Source of the DNA: Haliotis rubra
Taxonomy: Eukaryota
NCBI RefSeq assembly: GCF_003918875.1
Contig: NW_025766976.1
Coordinates: forward strand, 744,001 to 808,000
DNA length: 64,000 nt
Direction of reading: 5' to 3'
Shown here: positions 1 to 12,570 of the stretch, in pieces
How positions within the stretch are numbered: position 1 is the stretch's first letter
Layout of the letters: the number at the start of each line of letters is the position of its first letter
The notes under the pieces: model-generated
What the model was told of the DNA's origin: nothing
What the model saw: the letters and a program-made list of their open reading frames with translations, nothing else
The model's database searches: none
Translations under genes and position numbers: made by a program

Positions 1-1439
1 GAATACGTTGAGAGTAGAACTTGTAGCTATTGTTCTAAACAAACAGATGTTATAACAAAGTGACTTCCACAGACGTAGAAATGTTGATATTGCACAAACT
101 GAAAACCCCATAAAACCTTCCGAAAGAAAGGTTTCTTTTCGTTGTTTATCGAAAAATAATTTAAAATGTCTGATACAGTGCTTGGATCCTTTGTTTTACT
201 AAAAGGATGCTGTTTTGAATTTTAAATCTAACACATATCAAAATATAGATTATGAATAAATTTGAGATTGAGTTTAAAGTAAACAGAACAACTTAAGCCT
301 GTTTCGATCTCAGATCATGATAATGTACTCTTCAAGTTCCAAACTGTTTCGTACCAAGAATCGCTGTGAACAATGGCGAAACTGAGCGTTCTCAGTCGAG
401 ACAGCTTAACCAGGAAACCAGTTCATCCGGTTCACCAAATCGTTCGGATTAATGAGGTTCCACTTCCTGTGCTACAGACATGTTGGTCATGCCAACAGAC
501 TGTCCGTTATATCCGATTGACCGTTAGCTGACAGTTATGTAACGCATCAGGCATTGGAGTCTTGGATCAGAATTATTTGTACCTGGTCGTTGCTATGTAT
601 TGAAACATTATATTCTCTTGAAAACGGCGTATGGCAACGATTGAAAATCGTTTTTGTTTCTATACGGGCTGTTAACACGCCATGTTTACCTTTATATATT
701 CGTGACGCTTAAACCTCACTGCTGCGTCAATGCAGATGTGATCAAATTCTACTTCCTCGAAAGCGAAAAATGTTCTTGAAGACATACAAGCATGCATTCA
801 TTTCTGTAACCTCGCGCCAAGAGTTAACAATGGACGTATCTATTGAGATTATGTGTGTTGTTTCATTTGGGTTATGGAAGCTTCTCATTTAGCAGACACA
901 CATGTTTGCATTTTAAACAAACTGATATAAACTTGGCTTTCATTTCTGTAATTTAGCTCAACACGTTGCCAATGAACCGAATTTCATTGCGATAATATAT
1001 ATTAATAATTTCATTTATTAACTGAACATTTTAAATTTTGAGAACACGTAAGTTTGTCCGTGCAAACTTTATTACCTGTTTTACATTTTGACGTGCTAGG
1101 TTGAAAATACATCCAAACAGTGTATGATATAAAGGAAACGAAAATATCCGATAGTAGTACTGACCTTTTAAAACGTTCCGCCAATAGAATCTGATAATAC
1201 GGCACAGTTAGTACTTGCTACCTACAAGTACGACTTTCCAACCAACTGATGTTAATCCACCTGTGATTTCTGTGTACTCGGTACCTCTTTCTCGCGACAG
1301 CAACCAAACACTACCATCCCTCCACAGCCGGCGATGACGTCGTTTGAACTTCCAAAGCGTAGGAGCAAGTTTGGTCTCTGGCATTCGCCTTCCCTTGTCA
1401 AACTCTTCCCATTTCCTATCGTATTTTACAGTAGTAGAC

Positions 1440-1940
1440 ACGTTTCCACGTGGCCAATTGGCTGAATGCTTGTGAAGTTTGTGACTGTCAAAGAGGCGGC
1501 TTTAACCAATCAGATGGCACTCCCAAATGTGCATTACGGGTCATTTCAAAATGTCCTCCAGATTAAGCGTTTGTTATATTCACACTTTAACAGCGAGGCG
1601 GTCCACTTTGTTGTGTCGAATTTATTACCCCCCAGTCCTATGCCCAACCTTAAACGGTGGAGAGCCGCGTACTCTATTCCCGTCCCATGGGACCCGTGGG
1701 TCGTGTCTGTGTGATTACCCAACCCCATATACAGGTCATTTGGTGACTGGGGAGCGGCCCGACCATTCCCTCACTTAATGCCCCCAGATCCAGGTTCGCG
1801 TTCAGCGAGAGCAAATCGCGACCCATCCACTCCGCGCGTTAAACAAAGACCGGAAGTTAACCCGACGCCATAATGCAATATTTCCATTATGAGGGGATTT
1901 ATTGGAGGCGATCAAACATTACTACCCGATCACTTCCGAC
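1440..1940. promoter_or_regulatory. candidate promoter/enhancer (CpG-rich, CCAAT, E-box and ETS motifs)
   Basis: CACGTG ~1447; CCAAT/ATTGG ~1455 and ~1506; CCGGAAGT ~1850; CACTTCCG ~1931. The block is CpG-rich and repeat-free. No associated gene could be identified. Confidence 0.3.
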
Positions 1941-3082
1941 AACAGAGCATTAATTAAGGAAAAAGTTGTTATTTTCCGTATCTGAAATCATTTCTTCATG
2001 TTAAATGCTGTTTAGGATCGGCTTGACGTCGGGCCGTGCTATCTGGTCGTCCGTCTATATAGAATGGGCTATAATAACATATAAGCAGGTTAGATTCAGC
2101 CACTAGTGGTAAGGTTATAGGGCTGATATTATCGTGTATCACGACTTTGTATGAAATGAATTGGTCTACTACACTCACACATCCCACACCAGATTTACGA
2201 TGTAACAATGTGCCCATATAACGCGCTTATAACATATGAGAAACTATTGATTCATGACGTTACTCATTATTGTAATAAATACCTAACAATTTAAAATTGT
2301 CAAACAGGGATTTAAATAGCGTTTTCGTGTTAGATAATTGGTTAACGATTCATTTAATCAAGCAACAAAAAAGTTCATTAACATGATCTTCATGACAAAA
2401 AAGGAAAAAATTGACCAGAGATCATATTTATATGGTTTCTGGTTTGGTACCATGAATTAGACCAATATATTGTCTATGGAACCTTTATCGCCGTGTTTGC
2501 CCTGCTACAGATTAAAAGGAGCTGGCTAGATTTGATATTTACAAGCTAAATTGATTTTAATTTCGTAAAACACATTTTCCCATAGTTATTGTGTAGGGGT
2601 AAATGTGACTATGAACGATAGGATAATGGTAACATGATCCGACTATGAAAGTCAAGCTTGCCGGGGGAGTTTTTTCGTGTCGCTGAGGTGTGAGCTCTAA
2701 AGGCAGCCCCCGAGAGGAAAATTACATGTTTATGTTACCAGAGTTCCCCTCCCACCATGGGTCTCATTAGTGAGGAATTCGAAAAAATCTTCAACAAAAC
2801 CTAATCTTTTACACTCCTCTCTAACACACACGACTGCACATCAACATGTCAAAACATTTGGTGCAGCGGTGACGTTCTGATAAATTGCATACAAGGAAAC
2901 ATCAAGTGCGTTTCAGTGTTACAGTCTGTGTGATCAGTATTGTAGTCTGCATGATCTATGATGAGTACATCTGTCTCAATAGTATAACTACCGTTGATAT
3001 TCTCACAACACTGCTCTGGTATTGTTTATGTTACTAATGTGTAACGCGTAAATTATATCCGAAAACAAAAGTTCTGCAGTTA

Positions 3083-4810
3083 TTGTTGCTGTTACAGTAC
3101 CTCCTCATTCTACGATTATTGTTGCTATTACAGTACATCCTCACTGATGTTGCTGCTGTTACAGCACCTACCCATTCTACGATTATTGTTGCTGTTACAG
3201 AACCTCCTCATTCTACGATTATTGTTGCTGTTACAGTACATTCTTACTGCTGTCGCTGCTGTTACAGTACCTATCCAATCTACGATTATTGAGGCTGTTA
3301 CAGTACATCCTAACTGCTGTCCCTGCTGTTACAGTACCTACTCATTCTACGATTATTGTTGCTGTTACAGAACCTCCTCATTCTACGATTATTGTTGCTG
3401 TTACAGTACATTCTTACTTACCGATAATTGTAGCTGTTACAGTACATTCTTACTGCTGTCGCTGCTGTTACAGTACCTACTCATTCTACGATTATTGTTC
3501 CCTTTACAGTACATTCTTACTGCTGTCGCTGCTGTTACAGTACCTACTCATTCTACGATTATTGTTGCTGTTACAGAACCTCCTCATTCTACGATTATTG
3601 TTGCTGTTACAGAACATTCTTACTTACCGATAATTGTTGCTGTTACAGTACCTTCTCAGTCTACGATTATTGTTGCTGTTACAGTACCTCCTCATTCTAC
3701 GATTATTGTTGCTGTTACAGTACCTACTCATTCTACGATTATTTTTGCTGTTACAGAACCTCCCCATTCTACGATTATTGATGCCGTAACAGTGTATTCT
3801 TACTGATGTTGCTGCTGTTACAGTACCTCCTCATTCTACGATTATTGTTGATGTTACAGTACCTCCTCATTTTACAATTATTGTTCCCTTTACAGTACAT
3901 CCTTACTGCTGTTGCTGCTGTTACAGTACCTACCCATTCTACGATTATTGTTGCTGTTACAGAACCTCCTCATTCTACGATTATTGTTCCCTTTACAGTA
4001 CATCCTTACTGCTGTTGCTGCTGTTACAGTACCTACCCATTCTACGATTATTGTTGTTGTTACAGAACCTCCTCATTCTACGATTATTGTTCCCTTTACA
4101 GTACATCCTTACTGCTGTTGCTGCTGTTACAGTACCTACCCATTCTACGATTATTGTTGTTGTTACAGAACCTCCTCATTCTACGATTTTTGTTCCCTTT
4201 ACAGTACATCCTTACTGCTGTTGCTGCTGTTACAGTACCTACCCATTCTACGATTATTGTTGCTGTTACAGTACCTCCTCATTCTACGATTATTGTTCCC
4301 TTTACAGTACATCCTTACTGCTGTTGCTGCTGTTACAGTACCTACCCATTCTACGATTATTGTTGCTGTTACAGTACCTCCTCATTCTACGATTATTGTT
4401 GCTGTTACAGTACCTACCTCATTCTACGATTATTGTTGCTGTTACAGTACCTCCTCATTCTACGATTATTGTTGCTGTTACAGTACCTACCTCATTCTAC
4501 GATTATTGTTGATGTTACAGTACCTACCCATTCTACGATTATTGTTGCTGTTACAGTACCTTCTCATTCTACGAATATTGTTCCCTTTACAGTACAACCT
4601 TACTGCTGTTGCTGCTGTTACAGAACCTCCTCATTCTACGATTATTGTTGCTATTACAGTACATTCTTACTGCTGTTGCTGCTGTTACAGTATCTACCCA
4701 TTCTACGATTATTGTTGCTGTTACGGTACATTCTTACTTACCGATAATTGTTGCTGTTACGGAACCTATTCGTGGTACGATTAGTTGTTGCTGTTACAGC
4801 ACCTATTGAT
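3083..4810. repeat. minisatellite, 36-bp unit (ttgttgctgttacagtacctcctcattctacgatta) with 31-bp variants and a 103-bp higher-order repeat
   Basis: Direct tandem repetition. The variant ttgttcccttta recurs at 3881, 3984, 4087, 4190 and 4293, a period of 103 = 36+36+31. Confidence 0.95.
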
Positions 4811-4987
4811 CCTAGTATTATTTTATCTGTAACTACATTCACAGTCTACATCTTTCAATAGATTAACATCTTTATTCCATGACAGTTATCACACATAAGC
4901 ATATATGTATAAAAGAAAAGAAAAAGCGACAAGCCCAGAAGAATGCTTCATCTCAGACTAATCGTTTAAGAGTTATGATACAGAACT

Positions 4988-5141
4988 GGGGCGGTGGGGT
5001 AGCCTAATGGTTAAAGCGTTGGCTCGTCACGCCGAAGACCCGGGTTCGAATCCCCACATGGGTAAAATGTGTGTCTCCCGCCGTGATGTTGCTGGAATAT
5101 TGCTAAAAGCGGCGTAAAACCAAACTCTGTCAGTCAGTCAG
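4988..5141 (+). mobile_element. SINE family A (tRNA-Asp-like head, ~160 bp)
   Basis: A box TAGCCTAATGG, B box GGTTCGAATCC, tRNA-Asp-like CTCGTCACGCCGAAGACCCGGGTTCGA; 14-bp TSD tatgatacagaact (4974-4987 / 5142-5155). Confidence 0.9.
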
Positions 5142-5529
5142 TATGATACAGAACTATGATGTGATGTCCTGTACATGATGTGATGTGATCCATGCCAGTC
5201 TGGACCAGCCAAAACCAGTGATTTGTCTCCGAACCGCCCCGTCAGGGTACGATCGCAGTCAATGTCTTGGATGCCAGTCCTTCTACGACAAGAGGCTGCG
5301 GATCAATTCCGGTCCGAAAACATCCCGGGACATGGAGTAAGGCTAACACTGTTAGCACTGATAGCACGTAACTCAATTTTCTCAGGGTTGCATATTTCAA
5401 GGCAGTAGACCCCCCGTAATGACCACTCGTGCCTGTACTAGAATTTAGAATCTGTACTTTACTAAGAAAGTGTAATCCCAAATATAACATATGTTACACT
5501 TGTGCCTGTCTAGCTCCCCCTTGACGACA

Positions 5530-5745
5530 TGTGTTAGAATTGGTCTGTAGCAGTCCCTGCTTATCGCAAGGGGCGACTAACGGGATCTGGTGGTCACGAG
5601 CGCTGATTTGGTTGACACACATAATTTTATTTTAATTTCCCGATGTTCTTGATGTCAACCATTGGATTGTCTGGTCTATACTCGATAATTTACAGGTCGT
5701 TTGCATTACACTGAGCACAGCGTTAATAATACAAACAAACAAATA
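5530..5745 (+). mobile_element. SINE family B, degenerate copy
   Basis: Similar to the family B consensus (gttagaattgg...gcgactaacgggatc...ggattgtctggtc), with an AAAC tail. Confidence 0.7.
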
Positions 5746-5958
5746 AACGTTCTTTGAAATAAGGGTCGTATTCGGGTTTGTTAGAAATATAAATTCGTAG
5801 AATATTAGTCAGAAGTGAAACCATCAGTTACACAGTCCATCGGCTTTTAATTGATTTTACATGTTCCGGTGATAGGCTGAAACATTAAATAATCTACCGA
5901 CTATTCTTTTGTGAACGAGCGTGTTTTACCAGAATTGCTTTGGGTAATGTTCCAGTAA

Positions 5959-6218
5959 GGGACCGTACATTATTTATGGGTAGGTGGGGTGATGATGATT
6001 GTATGGGTGGGAACCTATTTTGTTCTGGGGAGATGGGGGCGTCATCAATTTTGTACATATGGGTACTTGGGTGGTCAGCAATTTTGTACATAAATTGATT
6101 TAAAATCTGCTTTTACAATTATGGGAAGGGGAAGGGGGGCGGGGTGTCATTCACATTGTACATGCCTCTCCATAAATATCATCATCACCCCCTTTAGCCA
6201 TAAATTATGAACGGTCCC
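5959..6218. mobile_element. PIF/Harbinger-type (Tourist-like) MITE
   Basis: Imperfect TIRs GGGACCGT(A/T)CAT..TTTATGG and a 3-bp TAA TSD (5956-5958 / 6219-6221). A second copy starts at 15787. Confidence 0.75.
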
Positions 6219-6226
6219 TAATATCA

Positions 6227-6378
6227 GAGTGAGTGAGTTTGGTTTCACGCCGCTTTTAGCAATATCACGGCAGTGGACACCAGAAATGGGCTTCCCACAT
6301 TGTACTCATGTGGGGAATCGAACCCGGGTCTTTGGCGTGACGAGCGAACGCTTTAACCACTCGGCTACCCCACAGCCC
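6227..6378 (-). mobile_element. SINE family A
   Basis: Reverse complement of family A, including the tRNA head and (ACTC)n tail. Confidence 0.85.
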
Positions 6379-7139
6379 CGGCATTCCCTATGTACACACA
6401 GACTACCATTATGCTGCTGTGTAATACCACAACATGCGCTGCCTGCTACCACTTCGCCTTCCAACCACGCTGTTACCACGATACCAACCATCATTATCCC
6501 ACGCCACCATCCACAGCCACAAATGCGTTTCACACACCTCAAATACTCAACATTTCACAACAAATAGTTAAGCTGAGCTGAAGGGGAGCAGTGGCACAAC
6601 TGATACGAGGGGCTTGGTTTAATACGCTGCTACATGTCGCTAAATGGGGATTTTACAGGGTTTTGCCGTCTTTTGGTTAAATGTGTGGAGATAAAACAGA
6701 TTTATCTAAACACAGGGAGTGTAGGGTGTAGGACGTGAGTGTGTGTGTTTCGGAGCCCCTTCATCGCAGAAAGTACAGGAACAGATGTTTGTGATCAAAT
6801 CAGTTCTATTTCATTAATATTTTATGTAAGTGTAAATGTTTCTTGGGGGTGGGATATTTATGGGGGATGAACCTACTGACTAGCCACATAAAACACACTT
6901 GGTGAATTTTTGAATCAAAGGTGCGGAGAGTCTCTGAACCTGTTGCATAGCCGCTAAAACAATCTGGAATATGGAAGTTAACTTTAAAGGTCCGGGCGCC
7001 TTTCTGAGAGTTCTTAGCTTATTACAGATTCTTCATCACTATATTCGGATTGGATAATTCAGCTTCCACATTACACACTACAATATCGAAGTTAAGTTAT
7101 GCTCAAATGTCTAGACCGCAGTGGGCGCACAACACGGGT

Positions 7140-7516
7140 AACAAAGATTAAGAATATTCTGTTTTCTTATGGCTATGTGTTTGTCTGTGATGTAAATATG
7201 TTTATCCATCTTATATAAGAAGGCTGTTGGATACATTCGTGCAGCCATGACAGTCCTCTGTTAATGAATCTTCGAAAAACTGTTTTTATAAACAGTTCAA
7301 ATCACTCCTTGATGTTGAAAAGTACCTATCTTATGACATTCCTTTCCATTTAAGAGCAGTCCCTTCACGGTTAAGATATTGTCATTTTAAAATAGCAGTT
7401 GAAACTGGTCGCTATGATAACATTGATTACACTCAAAGGTAGTGTTTGTATTGTAAACAGAAGGGTATAGTCTATATTGAGGATGAAATGCATGTACTTT
7501 TTATCTGTGAATCCTG
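7140..7516 (+). mobile_element. old RTE-X-like LINE 3' fragment, left part (resumes at 10896)
   Basis: Degenerate translation ...HFKIAVETGRYDN...CLYCKQKG..IEDEMHVLFICESC, continuing as ITLRDKHITKY after the inserted block. Confidence 0.7.
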
Positions 7517-7528
7517 CATAACACTAAG

Positions 7529-7670
7529 TGAGTGAGTGAGTTTAGTTTTACGCCGCCCTAAGCAATATTCGAGCTATATGGCGGCGGTCTGTAAATAATC
7601 GAGCCTGGACCAGACAATCCAGTGATCAATATCATGAGCATCGATCTGCGCAATTGGGAACAGATGACAT
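7529..7670 (-). mobile_element. SINE family B, 5'-truncated and split by the L1/Tx1 LINE (remainder 10611-10624)
   Basis: The consensus ...gatgacat[gtgtcaac]caagtcagcgagcc is broken at the LINE; flanked by ca(t/c)aacactaag. Confidence 0.85.
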
Positions 7671-10610
7671 TCTCTTCCTACTTAAAAAAAATCAAAACTG
7701 AAAAAAGCAAAAATTTAGAAGGAAAAATTTTGGCAATGGAAGAAGAAATCAGAGAAAATTTCCAAACCATATGTGAAACTAAACTTTCTGAACTATCCAA
7801 ATGTAAATTAGAGTTTGAAAAATTAAAAGAAGATGAAATAAGAGGTATACAGATAAGAAATAGAATTCAGTGGTACGAGGAAGGAGAAAAACCAACCAAC
7901 TATTTCTGTCATCTCGAAAATAGAAATTATACCAGTAAGCTTATGAATAGTGTTATCAATGACAAAGGGGAAGTAATATCAGATGGTAAGGCTATATTAA
8001 ATGAACAAGGACAATTTTATGAAAATCTATACTCATCAGGTGGTAAAATAACAGATAACTATATTAATATATTTGATGATATTATTACACCCAAACTGCA
8101 CACTGTACAGGCTGAAAATCTTGAGGGTGATATTACTATAGATGAAATAACACGAGCCGTTAAATCAATGAAAAATAACAAAAGCCCAGGAGTAGATGAT
8201 TTCCCAATAGAATTTTTCTGGAAAGATCTTCATATTTGGGTTTGTAGATATATATCAGAAGCATTCAGGCAAAATATGTTAAGTCCAACAATAAACAGAG
8301 GCGTCATCACATGTATTCCAAAAGCTAACAAAAATAGACAGTTGTTAAAAAACTGGCGCCCAATTTCCCTACTGAATTCTTTGTATAAAATACTCAGCAC
8401 ATGTATAGCCAATAGAATTAAAACAACATTGAATACTCTTATTCATGAAACTCAGACAGGTTTTATACCTGGAAGGTGTATTAGCGAGAACATTAGACTA
8501 TTATACGACATTGTGTTTGAAGCAAATTAAAGTACAAGATAAAAAGGGACTCTTGTTACTTATTGACTTTGAAAAAGCTTTTGACACTTTCTCTAAAGAA
8601 TTTATAATTTTAATAGTTGGAAAGTCTGGCTTTGGACCCAATATGGAAAAATGGATCAAAATATTAATCAATAATGCTACATCATGTGTTATACAGAATG
8701 GTCATTTATCACAATTTTTTGACAATGAAAGGGGCTGTAGACAAGGGTACCCAGTCTCTCCCTATTTATTCATCTTAGTGGCTGAAATTTTAGGAATAAT
8801 GATCCGTAACAACACTGCAATAAAAGGAATTACATTGAATAACACTGAACATAAAATTGGACAGTATGCAGATGATACTGAATTATTTCTCGATGGGCGT
8901 GAAGAAAGTTTAAGGGCAGCAACTGACACTCTCAATAATTTCTACAAAATGTCTGGTTTAAGAATAAATATAGATAAAACGAAAGCAGTGTGGATGGCAG
9001 GTAATAGCATGATTTTATGCCAGGATCTTAAGCTTGATTGGCATAATGGGGATTTTGATATTCTAGGAATAAGACTTAATCCTAATTTAAATAACCTTTG
9101 GGTAATTAATACAAGAAAGACTAGAAATTATTAATAGAACTCTAGGGAATTGGAGGAAAAGAAAGTTGACATTAATAGGGAAAATAACTGTTATTAAAAC
9201 TTTAGCACTTTCATCATTGGTGCATATATTCACTTCACCCCCAAATCCTCCAAAGGAATTCATTGACAAATTAAACAATATATTTTATAAATTCATCTGG
9301 AATAATAAGCGGGATAAGATAAAGCGAACGACACTTATTAGAAAATATGAAGAGGAGGGACTCAGAATGGTTAATGTACAGGTATTCATAAACTCTTTAA
9401 AACTGTCAGTTTTACATAAATATCTTCAAAATAATAGCAGTTCTAGCCCTAGTATCTTTCCATTTAAAGATATATTTCTGCTTGGAGCCAATATTGAAAA
9501 TTATGTGAGTATTATGAATCCCTATTGAAAAGATGTATTGGCTGCATGGGGAATATTCTATAAAACACATAACACTGATTTTACAGATATTGATCAAATC
9601 TTATCCCAACCCCTTTGGTTCAATCACCAATTCCAAAATAGTAATTTCATTATAAGACATTGGCATCTCAAAGGTATTCACTCTATAAGAGACTTGTGTA
9701 TAAATCAAGGTATTTTGCCATTTAGTGAACTTAAGAAATCTTACAAAATTAAAGGCACAATTCTTGACTATTATCAGGTTCTTTCAAATATACCCAAAAA
9801 ATGGAAAGAAACTACAAGAAGAATTTATTGATTGTTCATAATCATTATCTTAACACACCACTGATAGATTTACTTTCAGCACCAAAGAAATCCAGATATT
9901 TCTATGATAAACTTATAACTACTGAAAACCTACCATCAACATGTGAAAAATGGCAAAATATCTTTGATATTGCAATTCCATGGCAAGATATTTTTAGAAA
10001 ATATAGAAGATGTACAAAAGATACTAAATTGATTGACTTCCAGTTTAAATTTATCCACAATATTGTCTACACAAAGAAAGAATTATTGAGAATGAAATTA
10101 GTAGATGATGAACTTTGCTCATTTTGTAATTTAATGTCAGAAAATTTGATACATGTTTATTGGGAATGTGAGTGTGTGAAAACGTTCTGGCTGAAACTGA
10201 AAGAATATATTGAAGATAAATCAACAGAAAATTTTACCCTGACAAAATATACAGTCTTAATTGGCGGATATAATAACGACCTTATGAATCACATACTTCT
10301 TGCCAGTAAAAAATATATCCATATATCAAGTATTAAAAAAATAAGTTATCACTGGATACATTTGTAAAAATATTGAGTGATATTTTCAAGACAGAAAAGT
10401 TTATTGCCAGTAAGAGTCAAAACATATTACAATTTGACAGAAAATGGTCATCTCTACTGCACACATTCCCAGCCTAATGAAGATCCCAATATCTGTAATG
10501 CCAACCCATATGAATTTCTGTTCTACGGTGTACAAGTGTTGTTGCATCATGTACTTTGTATACTTGTATCTACTGATTTTGAATGAATAAATCTCTTTAA
10601 AAAACCAAAA
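7671..10610 (+). mobile_element. L1/Tx1-clade LINE, 5'-truncated, ORF2 reverse transcriptase broken by frameshifts and stops
   Basis: ORFs 7622-10367 carry KSPGVDDFP, NWRPISLLN, IDFEKAFD, GCRQGYPVSPYLF, QYADDT and a C-terminal CSFC..ENLIHVYWEC; AATAAA at 10586 precedes an A-rich end. Confidence 0.92.
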
Positions 10611-10636
10611 CAAGTCAGCGAGCCCACAACACTAAG

Positions 10637-10883
10637 TGAGTGAGTGAGTTTTGTTTTACGCCGCAGTCAGCAATATTCCAGCTATATGGCGGCGGTCTGT
10701 AAATAATCTAGTCTGGACCAGACAATCCAGTGATCGACAGCATGAGCATCGATCTGCGCAATTGGGAACCGATGACGTGTGTCAACCAAGTCAGCGAGCT
10801 TGGCCACCGATCCCGTTAGTCGCCTCTTACGACAAGCATGGGTTACTGAAGATCAATATTCTAACCCGGACCGTCACGGGTAC
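10637..10883 (-). mobile_element. SINE family B, full length
   Basis: Complete consensus; TSD cacaacactaag (10625-10636 / 10884-10895). Confidence 0.9.
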
Positions 10884-10895
10884 CACAACACTAAG

Positions 10896-11090
10896 AGACA
10901 AACATATCACTAAGTATGTTACGAAACCATACACTAGCTACACCTTGGTATCTTTAATTCAGTACAATAACCCTGATATCATACCATGTCAGAAATGTTT
11001 AAAGCAACAGAATATAGGTGAATGATCATGGCCAAGGAAACAAATCATCAATGCATTCTGGCTCGAAGGCCTGTTGCTGAAATAAACCTC
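10896..11090 (+). mobile_element. old RTE-X-like LINE 3' fragment, right part
   Basis: Continues the frame from 7516 (RDKHITKYV...) and ends near AATAAA ~11080. Confidence 0.6.
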
Positions 11091-11280
11091 TCTGTATCGG
11101 ATTGCCAGTTCTCTGTGTTGGGTGGTATTTATCTCATTGCACGTATGGTATTCAGGTGTTAGTTTGTATTATAAACACAGATGTTTCAAACGAACATTGA
11201 AAAATCGTAGTGTTACTCAACGCTTACTTACTCCATTGCATCTCAAATCTACCAAACCGCGTCCATGGTCTCGTTGATAT

Positions 11281-11408
11281 AGTGAGTAAGTTTAGTTTTA
11301 CGCAGCTGTTATGAGCAATATTCCAGCAATATCACGGCGTCTTCGGCAGAACCCGGGTCTTCGGCATGACGAGGGAACGCTTTACCACTAGGTTACTCTA
11401 CCACCCCC
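11281..11408 (-). mobile_element. SINE family A, internally deleted
   Basis: Head and tail match family A; TSD cgttgatatag. Confidence 0.75.
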
Positions 11409-11897
11409 GTTGATATAGCGTCTGCCCGGAGAGTGAAACGTCCGTGGTTTGACTCTCAGTCGCGTAAAACTAAAAGACGTCAACAGATGTTTATATGGAT
11501 ACAATTTCAAATTATTAATCTACGTTTAAGTAAAGTTGTGGAATTTGTGATCCTTAGCAAAGTGTGAGTAGTATATAACCACTGCTCTTGTATTAAACTG
11601 AATGTTTGAACTGCCACATTGTGTTGTAGTGCAATAGTCAAAACTTTGTATTGATTTGAGAACTTAGTTAATTTTAGAGTACAATTGTTAATTGCATCAC
11701 TTTACATTACTTTATTGTTTGTTGGTTTTACACATAGTTCTTCACGTGCTGATTCAAGGTAAGTATTTTAGTTTCAACATGGGAGTCAACACGAAAAGGT
11801 ACACACACAAACGTACGCACGCGCACACTGTGTGCTGTCGCTAAGTAAGTTCACTTATCTTGAAAAGACGTTAAATTCCTCAGTTTTCTCATGACAG

Positions 11898-11981
11898 CAT
11901 TCTCTTCCCACAGAGGTAACTCCTGTCATATCTTCCTACGTAGGAAGATATGACAGGAGTAACCTCTGTGGGAAGAGAATG
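11898..11981. mobile_element. 84-bp spacerless palindromic mini-element
   Basis: Near-perfect inverted repeat centred on cctacgtagg (1 mismatch); 9-bp TSD tcatgacag (11889-11897 / 11982-11990). Confidence 0.8.
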
Positions 11982-12109
11982 TCATGACAGTCGATACGAC
12001 TGATGTATTCATATACAACCTTCCCCGAAATACTATCGCCATGTCCCCAGTGTTGAAGCAGCATGGCGGTGCTGGTGGGTGTCTACGTGCTGCGTAAGGG
12101 GGCGGGGAT

Positions 12110-12570
12110 GCCTATGGAGAGGGATTAGGACGCGATGTGGGGATGTGGGGACGGGGAGAGATTGGAGGCGTGGGGGGCGAGAATAGGGTGGTTGGTAGGT
12201 GTGGGAGAGAGGTCACGTGTGAGACGTGGTAGAGACGTGTTGGGTAGCGAACGGGAGATGTGGAGTATTGGGAAAGACCCAGAGGAGCGTGGGTGAAGAT
12301 CGATAGAGGTGTAGGAGAAGATCGAGAGATGTGTTTGTGAAGATCGATAGAGGTTAGTGAAGATCGATGGAGGTGTTAGTGAAGATCGATAGAGGTATGG
12401 GTGTAAATCGAGAGATGTATGAGAGGTGCAGACCAAGACAGGCGTAGGGAAAAATCGAGAGAGAGAGGCGGTGAGGGAAGAGGATCGATAGAGGTGTGGG
12501 AGAGGTGAGATCGATAGAGAGGTGTGGGTGAAGATAGAGAGGTGTGGAAGAAGATCTAGAAGATACAACG
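12110..12570. repeat. GA-rich low-complexity/degenerate tandem repeat (gaagatcgatagaggtg)
   Basis: Purine-rich strand with a recurring GAAGATCGA(T/G)AGAG motif. Confidence 0.8.

Noticed and set aside
1208-1441. 77-aa minus-strand ORF as the first exon of a gene
   Set aside because: A donor-like AG|GTAGCA and upstream CCAAT boxes exist, but there is no recognisable protein motif or downstream exon.
3083-4809. Long ORFs (up to 313 aa) as a mucin or Cys-rich protein
   Set aside because: They arise in all three frames from a stop-poor repeat; 31-bp units shift the frame repeatedly and there is no unique flanking coding sequence.
7622-7670. N-terminus MINIMSIDLRNW.. of ORF 7622-8530, and the similar small ORFs at 10651, 16400, 23980 and 63228
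   Set aside because: Chance translations of SINE family B sequence.
12125-12568. 147-aa ORF
   Set aside because: Translation of a GA-rich low-complexity repeat.
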